Notes under the pieces: generated by a model
Databases searched by the model: none
What the model saw: only the letters and a program-made list of their open reading frames with translations
What the model was told of the DNA's origin: nothing
Assembly (NCBI GenBank): GCA_963754945.1
Contig: CAVWIG010000028.1
Location: 64,001-128,000 of the forward strand
DNA from: Methanotrichaceae archaeon
GTDB taxonomy: Archaea > Halobacteriota > Methanosarcinia > Methanotrichales > Methanotrichaceae
DNA: 64,000 nt
Direction: 5' to 3'
Shown: positions 56,281 through 64,000 of the stretch, piece after piece
Layout of the letters: every line of letters starts with the position of its first letter
How positions within the stretch are numbered: the stretch's first letter is position 1
Made by a program: the position numbers and the translations under genes

Positions 56281-59200
56281 CTATGGAATCTCCCCATCAG
56301 ATGATTCGCTGAATGCGGGACACGGACCTGGACATTCTGCCAGAGCCTCCTGGTTCCAGTTGTAATCGGAAGGGGGTTCATTGGGGCAAATAACCTCTGT
56401 GCAGGATGAGTCCTTCCCGCTCTTGCCTGGCTTTCCCGGCGTCGGCCCGACCACCACTTCAGCGCTGGCCTCTGCAGACACGGATCCCTGGCCGTGCACC
56501 AGAATGGCATCCACATGGACCAGACCAATGAACTTGCCATCTCGTGAAGCTTCGGCTCTGTAGGTTATGGAGCGTTGCACGCCCGGTGCCAGGTCCATGG
56601 TCATCCATTTCACAGCGTTTTGGCTTTGCTTTGAGGGCACCATTGATGAGTTGAGAAATCTCATACCGTCGGGAATGTGGTCAGTAATCACGGTCGTCAT
56701 GGTGCTTTTGGCTCTATTCTTGAGGGTGATGTTGTACCACACTATGGTTTTCTTAAGCGGATCAATCCTCGCTGTCTCTGTCAGATCGATCTCCGGAGGA
56801 CAACAGCCAAGCCAGCTTTTTTCAATAGTCGATATGTTGCTGGCGGTGACCAATTTATCGCCGTATTCGCCGGCCACCTTTACCCTGTTGACCAGATCGG
56901 AGTCCGGCTCGGCCTTCAGCCACAAGCCAATGGTGATTGAGCTGCCGATGCCCAAGTTCATCAGAGTCCAGTTGGCTCGCCCGGAGTCCGTCTTTATCGG
57001 CATGATTGAGGAGTTGATGAACTCCGTTCCGGGAGGTAATAGGTCCGTGATGCGAACTGGACCTAAAGCTGTGTTGCCGTCGTTATGAACATTGATTTTG
57101 TACTCTGCTACCGTGATGTTTACATCATTGATTCTTTCCGTCTTGGTTTGCCCTTCTTTGATAACCGAAATATGAGGTCGGTCAAAACTCGCCACGCCTT
57201 TGAGCAGCAGATTGCGTTTAATGGAGAAGACTCCGTTGTTCTCCTGGTCCAGCTTCAGATTGTCGCCTGATCGGGCACCGAATCTGGCCCTTCCTGAGAA
57301 GTCTGCCTCTGTCTCCATCTGGTTCAGGCCTTTGGCTGTAGTCGTTTTCTTAAGGCGTTGGATGTCTTCGAACTCCTCCACGATATATCCAGTGTCCTTT
57401 ATTTTGGACCACATCCCTTCCTTCCATCCTGCCGAAGCGGTAATGTTCATTCTCGACATGTAGCCATACCGTACTGGACGGCAGTTCAGGAGGATCTTCT
57501 TATCCATGAAGCTGGTTGGAGTGTCTATCAGCTCCTCAATCCGGTAGTCTCCAGATCCCGACTCGTAAGTCCTCTGGCTCAGGCGGATGTGTTTGTCTGC
57601 GTTCACGGAACCTGTGCCATTTGCTGATTCATTCATCCGGACATCCTCGCCGTACTCGTTTACGTCCTGGAAAACTCTAAAGCGTCCCGCGTAGTGATCT
57701 CTGGATTCGAAAGTCAGACATCCGGTCTCCGCCACCGACTTTCGCAGAAATCCCAGATGGGCATCGCCTTCGAAGTCTGTTCTGACAGCGATATCCGTGC
57801 CATTTTTGTCCAGTTTGATCTTGCTTTTGTGCTCGATCTTATCGGCATAGCGGTACGATTCTTCCGTGGATGTGCCCGAGATTCGGTTCTTGGCTATCGT
57901 TCGATCGGACCATTTTGACCTGAAATGCGCAATCCTGTTTCCCGGCAGTGCAAACGTGGTTGGCTTTGTTCTCGCCGACAGGATCTTTTCGACTTCTACC
58001 GACCTGTTCTTAGAATGGAGCTGCAGGATCGCCTTACTGGAATAACTGCCGCTTCCATGTTCGTTAGCTTGCAGTTCAGTCCCCGGGGCGCTCGATATTG
58101 TGACCTTCTCGTTAGCATGACCCTCGAAATCTTCGGCGGTAACGTAGACCTGGTTGTTCAAATAATGCTGTTCCTGGGTCGTAGAGAATTTGTTGGCGAC
58201 ATTGACAAAGCCATCTCCGACTATCTTTTGATCTGCGTTGAAGTTGATCTCGGATACAGGCACTCTGACAGTAAGAATGATGATCACTGATGAGCCTGGT
58301 TCAATCAGGCTGAAGTGCCAGACCCCGTTGCTATCTGGCAAGGGTGAGGCAGAAACGAACTCGATCCGGGAATCGAAATTGTCCCTTACAAGGACGTTCT
58401 TAACGGGGATTTTTCCAGTGTTGGCGAGTAGTATCGTATATATTATATCTTCTCCTGGACTGAACACCTTTTTAGATGCAGTCTTACTGACGGTTAGCAC
58501 TGGAGTCAGGGCATTTACCTTCGTAGAATTTGAACTAGCGAATTTGTAGCCGGTTGAGTTAACATTATAGGAGACTGTTACGCTGTTGTCCAATTCTCCA
58601 AACTTGCTTCCATCAATCGTTGCCACCAGCTTGGCCTGGGTTTTATCTCCTGGGGCGAGATCTACACGATTCGACCAAATGACTGTATTTCCCACATCGG
58701 ACCCAGCTGGATCGCTTGATACGTAGTTCAGTCCAGTAGGGAGGGAATCTGCAATGCCGGTCAATATGATGCTAGAGTTGCTAACGTTTTTAGAGTTTTT
58801 TGCCATTCGGTTTTCTATGCTTATGCCGAAAGTGATGTTTGATCCTTTAGGCCCTGAATCTGGCATGGCATCAATTAAAACCAATATTGGCGAAATGGAC
58901 TTTACAGTGACACTACCGGAGCCGTAGACGTAGTCGCCGATGTAGGGCTTTCCTGTTGCTATGACTATATTTTCTAGCTCGCCGAATATTGGTCCGTCAA
59001 TTTTTGCTTTGAGATGAATGGATGTCGACGATCCTGGACTTAGAGCAGAATTCGAGATATTGTTCCAGATAATCGTTCGGGACCCATTGCTGTTTATTTG
59101 ATTACTGTCCGGATCGATAGACGCAGATGAGTAGTTCAGCCCTGTGGGCAGGAGGTCTACAACCCTTAAGTCGTTGAGGTTCACCTCTCCAGTGTTGGTC

Positions 59201-62200
59201 AGCTCTATCATGAAGTCCACAGGTGTCTCTAAGCTGCCTGAGCTCGGAGTAGACGTTTCGACGACCTGGATAGCAGATCTGCAGGCGGTTACATTTTTCA
59301 GATCTTCTCCCGTGACATCGAAACCCGTTAGGGTGATGCCGGTCGCTACAACTCTGTTCTGTAGAGGCCCATGCTGTGTTCCATCCACCCAAGTGTACAA
59401 ATGAATTGTTGTGGACGAATTTGGGGCAAGGGGCACAGATAGTACATTGTTCCATGTCATATCTGTGGTTCCATCCGGATCAATTTTTTTCACGGATGGG
59501 GCGATGGATGCGGAAGAGAAGCTCAATCCTTTGGGCAACAGGTCCACCAGCTTAACTTCATCGAGATTGACATCCCCTGTGTTAATTATATCCATCTTAA
59601 AATCTATTATAGTTCCAAGGCTTCCGGATTCAGGAGTTGGTGTCAGGGCAATCTCAATAGCAGGAACGAAAGCGGTTATACTCCTCCTATCCTCTCCGGT
59701 TACATTGAACCCTTCCGATGTGCAGCCTGTGGCTGTGATTTTGTCCTGTAACAAACCCGACTGCGTCCCGTCTATTGTAGCAGCAAGATGGATCGATTTG
59801 GATGCATCCGGAGCGAGAGGCTCAGTTAAGACATTATTCCATGTGACTGAAGTAGTTTTATTATGATTGGCTCTTTTCTTGGTTGGATCGATGGATGCTG
59901 ATGAATATTTTAATCCCTTTGGCAGCAGATCCACAAGTTTGACAGCATCGAGATATGTATCTCCAGTGTTAGTGATATCTATCCTAAAATCTATCGAAGT
60001 ATCAAGACTTCCCGATTCGGGAGTTGATACTGCTACAACCTGGATAGCCGATTTGCAAGCAGTAATATTCACCTCATCCTCTGCGGTTATATCGTCCCCT
60101 GTCGGAATTGTTCCTGTAGCTGTGATGGTATTTTGGAGCGAACCTGACTGCATTCCGTCTATCTTCGAAACTAGATGGAACGATGTTGACGCGTTCGGAG
60201 TTAGCGGTGCAGTCAGGATGTTGTTCCATGTGACCGACGTACTTTTATTATGATGTACCGTCTTCTTGTCGGGATCAATTGATGCTGATGAATATTTCAA
60301 TCCTGTAGGCAGCAGATCCACGACCTTGACGGCATCCAGATTCACATCTCCCGTGTTGGTTATGTCTATCTTGAAATCCACTAGATTCCCAGGGCACCCC
60401 GACTCCGGTATAGGTGTCTCAGATACCTCGATTGCTGATCTGCGAGCTATGATATCTTTACTGATCTCTGTGGTTACGTTCGACCCCGTTAGAGGCTTTC
60501 CTGTGACAGTGACTGCATTTTGTAGCGGCCCAAATCGAGTCCCGTCTATAATGGCCGCCAAATGGATCGTTGCTGGTACGTTTGGTGGGAGCGTCGCAGT
60601 CAGTATGTTGTTCCAAGTGAGCGATGTATCGCCAGTGGCACCGAAGGTTCTTTCAGAAGGGTTGATGGATGCTGTTGAATAGCTCAATCCTTTGGGCAGT
60701 AGGTCGACCAACTTAAGAGATTCAAGGTTCACCTCTCCTGCGTTTGTTATATCTATCCTGAGGTCTACCGGGGTCCCGGGGACTCCCTGATCGGGTGAAG
60801 ATGTTAAAGAAACCAAGACGGCCGATCTATAAACCGTAATATTCTGTTCGCCCTCCGCGGTCACATTATACCCCGTTGGAGGTGTTCCCACAGCTATAAT
60901 TTTGTTTTGTATCGAGCCGCATTGGGTCCCATCTATCGCAGCGAACAGATGAATCGATGTGGACGCGTCAGGAGCCAGAGGGGCAGTCAGAAGGTTGTTC
61001 CATTCGATTGATGTTGTTCCATTGCCTTCGATCCTATTCCCTGTTGGGCTGATGGATGCCGACGAATATCTCAATCCTTTAGGCAGAATGTCTACCAGAT
61101 TAACTTCGTTTAGATCCACCTCTCCCGTGTTGGTCAGGTCTACCTTGAAGTCGACCAAGGTCCCAGAACTTCCCGAAGCTGGAGCCGGAGTCTCGACGAC
61201 CGCTATTGCCGATCTATAAGCGTTAATATCCTTCTTGTCTTCTACAGATACAATGGATCCATCCGGAGACGTTACATCGACCACAACGCTATTCTGAATA
61301 GTGCCTAACTTAGCACCATCTATCTCTGCACGAAGATGAATCGATGTGGAGTTGTCCGGAGCAAGGGGTCCAATCTGGATATTGTTCCAAGAGATTGTTG
61401 TAGTTCCATTGTCGTTGACTTTTTTCTCTACTGGATCAATGGATGCCGATCTGAACCTCAATCCTCTGGGAAATAGGTCGACCAACTTAAGGGATTCGAG
61501 GTTCACCTCTCCCGCGTTAGTCAGGTCTATCCTGAAATCCACCAAGGTCCCTGGGCTTCCAGAGTCTGGGGTGGCTGTTTCGGCCAGGTGAACGGCTGGC
61601 ATGAAGGCAGTTACACTCTTCATGTCGTTTCCTGTTACACTGAACCCCGCTTGAGTTAGGCCCTTGGCATAGATTTTGTTCTGCAGCGAACCCGAATGAC
61701 TTCCATCTATAACAGCAACGAGATGAATTGAAGCGGATGAGTTCGGTGCCAGAGGTGCTGCAAGGATGTTGTTCCATACGACTGAGGTTGTCCCATTCTC
61801 CTCGACCTTTTTCTCGGTTGGATCGACGGACGCGGATGAGTACCTCAATCCTTCGGGAAGCAGGTCTTCCAGGTTTATCGCGTTGAGATTGACGTCTCCT
61901 GTGTTGGTTATATCTATCTTGAAGTCAATGCTGCTTCCGGGAACGCCAGACTCCGGGATTAGTGTTTCGTTGACCTGTAATCCTGGCCTGTATGCGACCA
62001 ACTCTAACGAATCATCATCTGTGACGTTGCATCCGCCTGGAGGCCAGCCCGTGACTGTAGCCCTATTAACCAGAGTTCCATATTTCTGACCGTCGATCTT
62101 TGCGGTCAGGCGTACTGGAATCGAACTACCTGGGGAAAGATTGCCGAGATTGTCCCACTTTATCTTCCTGCCTAGTTCAGATCCTGCAGGATTGCTGGAG

Positions 62201-63219
62201 ATGAAGGTCAACCCTTCTGGAATAGTGTCAGTGAGTTCCAGGCGTAGAGACACTTCTCCTGTGTTCGAGATGTTGATAGCAAAATCAGTAATAGTACCTG
62301 GAGAACCCGATGATGGAGACACATTTTCGGATAGCTCAACCCCTGATCTAAGGGCCTGGACATTTGTACTGGTAGTGTTGACCACACGGTACGCATCTTT
62401 GGGCGGTTTGGCAATTAATCTCAGGCTGTCCGTTAGCTGGCCGAATGCCTCTCCGGTCATTCGAGCCTTCAACGTTATTATCTTTGGGTCTGTTTTGATG
62501 GGTCCCAAATTGTTCCAGGTAAGGTTGGTGGTACCGTTATCGTAAATGATGGTTGAATTAGGGGCTGGAACGGCACTTCCAGTGACGTAGCTTAATCCTT
62601 TAGGCAGGAAGTCGGAGAACCTAACCGAGCTGAAGCTATCCTCTCCGGTGTTGAGGACTTTGATGGAATAGGTCAATTCAGCGCAGGAAGCTCCTGATGA
62701 AGGCGACGCCGATTCGACGATTCTTATATTAGGTTTTAGAACGGTCACGCTGTAAGATTTGGAGGCGAGTACTGCTTTTCCAGTCTGATCCTTGCCGGTT
62801 ACTGTAGCGTAGTTCACTACAGGACCGAAGACTCTTCCATTTCTTGTGCCTCTGGGGTATACCGTCTTGTTGCCCCCGGATTTCATATTTCCAATGTTCC
62901 AGGTTATTGTGGAGGACCCGTTCTCATTCAGGGTATTGCTGGAAGGTGTCAGAGTGGATCCAGTAAAGGTAATGCCGTTTGGCATGAGATCTGTAAGAAC
63001 CACAGAACTCAGATTACTATCGCCAGTATTTATTATGTATATCTCGAAGTTGGAGCTTGCTCCTGGGGACCCCGTCGGATAGCCTGTTGAGGACACGGTC
63101 TTGGCAATGCTAAGGCTTGGGGCGGCACCAGCCGCTTGGATCCAGAGGCAAAATGGAGGAGATATCAGGAGCAATATCACAAGCAACCTGATCGTCGATA
63201 CAGTTTTGTCTGTGGTCAT
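56281..63219 (-). CDS. Giant secreted surface protein (2312 aa) with about 15 DUF11/Ig-like repeats
   Basis: Signal peptide; repeats of F.I.ITNTG...L..V.L.D.LP.GL with a 387-nt period; about 320-aa non-repeat domain near the C-terminus. Confidence 0.9.
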   Translation of the reverse strand: MTTDKTVSTIRLLVILLLISPPFCLWIQAAGAAPSLSIAKTVSSTGYPTGSPGASSNFEIYIINTGDSNLSSVVLTDLMPNGITFTGSTLTPSSNTLNENGSSTITWNIGNMKSGGNKTVYPRGTRNGRVFGPVVNYATVTGKDQTGKAVLASKSYSVTVLKPNIRIVESASPSSGASCAELTYSIKVLNTGEDSFSSVRFSDFLPKGLSYVTGSAVPAPNSTIIYDNGTTNLTWNNLGPIKTDPKIITLKARMTGEAFGQLTDSLRLIAKPPKDAYRVVNTTSTNVQALRSGVELSENVSPSSGSPGTITDFAINISNTGEVSLRLELTDTIPEGLTFISSNPAGSELGRKIKWDNLGNLSPGSSIPVRLTAKIDGQKYGTLVNRATVTGWPPGGCNVTDDDSLELVAYRPGLQVNETLIPESGVPGSSIDFKIDITNTGDVNLNAINLEDLLPEGLRYSSASVDPTEKKVEENGTTSVVWNNILAAPLAPNSSASIHLVAVIDGSHSGSLQNKIYAKGLTQAGFSVTGNDMKSVTAFMPAVHLAETATPDSGSPGTLVDFRIDLTNAGEVNLESLKLVDLFPRGLRFRSASIDPVEKKVNDNGTTTISWNNIQIGPLAPDNSTSIHLRAEIDGAKLGTIQNSVVVDVTSPDGSIVSVEDKKDINAYRSAIAVVETPAPASGSSGTLVDFKVDLTNTGEVDLNEVNLVDILPKGLRYSSASISPTGNRIEGNGTTSIEWNNLLTAPLAPDASTSIHLFAAIDGTQCGSIQNKIIAVGTPPTGYNVTAEGEQNITVYRSAVLVSLTSSPDQGVPGTPVDLRIDITNAGEVNLESLKLVDLLPKGLSYSTASINPSERTFGATGDTSLTWNNILTATLPPNVPATIHLAAIIDGTRFGPLQNAVTVTGKPLTGSNVTTEISKDIIARRSAIEVSETPIPESGCPGNLVDFKIDITNTGDVNLDAVKVVDLLPTGLKYSSASIDPDKKTVHHNKSTSVTWNNILTAPLTPNASTSFHLVSKIDGMQSGSLQNTITATGTIPTGDDITAEDEVNITACKSAIQVVAVSTPESGSLDTSIDFRIDITNTGDTYLDAVKLVDLLPKGLKYSSASIDPTKKRANHNKTTSVTWNNVLTEPLAPDASKSIHLAATIDGTQSGLLQDKITATGCTSEGFNVTGEDRRSITAFVPAIEIALTPTPESGSLGTIIDFKMDIINTGDVNLDEVKLVDLLPKGLSFSSASIAPSVKKIDPDGTTDMTWNNVLSVPLAPNSSTTIHLYTWVDGTQHGPLQNRVVATGITLTGFDVTGEDLKNVTACRSAIQVVETSTPSSGSLETPVDFMIELTNTGEVNLNDLRVVDLLPTGLNYSSASIDPDSNQINSNGSRTIIWNNISNSALSPGSSTSIHLKAKIDGPIFGELENIVIATGKPYIGDYVYGSGSVTVKSISPILVLIDAMPDSGPKGSNITFGISIENRMAKNSKNVSNSSIILTGIADSLPTGLNYVSSDPAGSDVGNTVIWSNRVDLAPGDKTQAKLVATIDGSKFGELDNSVTVSYNVNSTGYKFASSNSTKVNALTPVLTVSKTASKKVFSPGEDIIYTILLANTGKIPVKNVLVRDNFDSRIEFVSASPLPDSNGVWHFSLIEPGSSVIIILTVRVPVSEINFNADQKIVGDGFVNVANKFSTTQEQHYLNNQVYVTAEDFEGHANEKVTISSAPGTELQANEHGSGSYSSKAILQLHSKNRSVEVEKILSARTKPTTFALPGNRIAHFRSKWSDRTIAKNRISGTSTEESYRYADKIEHKSKIKLDKNGTDIAVRTDFEGDAHLGFLRKSVAETGCLTFESRDHYAGRFRVFQDVNEYGEDVRMNESANGTGSVNADKHIRLSQRTYESGSGDYRIEELIDTPTSFMDKKILLNCRPVRYGYMSRMNITASAGWKEGMWSKIKDTGYIVEEFEDIQRLKKTTTAKGLNQMETEADFSGRARFGARSGDNLKLDQENNGVFSIKRNLLLKGVASFDRPHISVIKEGQTKTERINDVNITVAEYKINVHNDGNTALGPVRITDLLPPGTEFINSSIMPIKTDSGRANWTLMNLGIGSSITIGLWLKAEPDSDLVNRVKVAGEYGDKLVTASNISTIEKSWLGCCPPEIDLTETARIDPLKKTIVWYNITLKNRAKSTMTTVITDHIPDGMRFLNSSMVPSKQSQNAVKWMTMDLAPGVQRSITYRAEASRDGKFIGLVHVDAILVHGQGSVSAEASAEVVVGPTPGKPGKSGKDSSCTEVICPNEPPSDYNWNQEALAECPGPCPAFSESSDGEIP

Positions 63220-64000
63220 GAAAATAAACCCCCAGTCATGGCGTGATCCATTTTGTTTGTAAAGAAACGACTACCTGGAGAGATGAAGTCAGGTGGAGGG
63301 CATATCTTTGCGAGCATCGTGATAGCGATAAGAACCGGGCTATCCAGAATTGAGAAAGAAGAAGAAGGAAAAGAGCCAGGCGAAGCTTTATCTCGAGCAG
63401 CCAGGCGAAATGCTGTCCGTTTGATAGATGGTCCAAAACGATAAAAGACGTCTGAATCGAGGAGGGAGGGCGCTTTTCTTGGAGATAAATTAGAAAAATT
63501 ATCTTTCAAGTAGCGTCCTTGCACATTCATACGTTCGATGGGTGAGTTTTCGGCAATGTTCACGATACGATGGTTAGTATTTTCTATTGTTGATTTATCC
63601 ATAGAATCGCAAGCCCTTAAGTCAATCCAGCGAAGAGTGCTATTAAATATATAAATAGATAAAATTCTAATTATCAAATTGTATCTCGGCTCTTTTCTAT
63701 TCAAAGTCGCCACCTCACGCTAACAAATCTCGAACTGTTTAGTAAAATTGTTACTACTATTAGATAAATCCTTTGATCTATTAAGGTTATATTAATACAT
63801 ATAGTTAATTTTAATATAACATTTTTGTCATATCACAATATAGATTCTCGATTGAGAATACCGTGATATAGCTTTAATATCAAATATCGAGATGCACCGA
63901 TGATTAACCGCTAAGAACAAACTAGAACCAGCTAGATATATCGTTTATCATACATATTGTATAGTATTTTTATATACTAGAATAATATCGTTCGCTTTTC

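Noticed and set aside
63216-63713. 165-aa ORF upstream of the giant protein
   Set aside because: No motifs or typical codon usage; more likely an AT-rich regulatory region

Overview
Chromosomal window from a methanogenic archaeon, most likely Methanothrix/Methanotrichaceae (inferred from gene content, archaeal-type proteins and NosD/DUF11 surface proteins). Most of it is housekeeping: rps12-rps7, rnhA, ahbB-sirC-hemA-hemB, hisC, argD, thiC, hisD, lig, hom, pgi, a two-subunit fumarase, cbiA, alaS, nob1, rli and EndoQ. A decaying accessory or defence island follows thiC (about 15.2-22.2 kb). It holds a frameshifted IS200, a C1 protease remnant, an S53 protease, a diverged thiC fragment, a PIN toxin-antitoxin locus split by a complete IS5-family element (AAGG target duplication), an MNT-HEPN pseudogene pair and a stand-alone OLD-family ATPase-TOPRIM nuclease. 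The most unusual signals are: (1) an 87-nt element with three complementary segment pairs in crossing order, upstream of a 56-aa CxxC-x17-CxxC gene missed by the ORF track; (2) a secreted repeat protein with about 40 N-glycosylation sequons; (3) a HEAT-repeat gene that probably starts at CTG; (4) a 2312-aa DUF11 protein in which most repeats lack the isopeptide Lys. I saw no rRNA, tRNA or CRISPR array. All family calls come from motif recognition by eye, not database searches.
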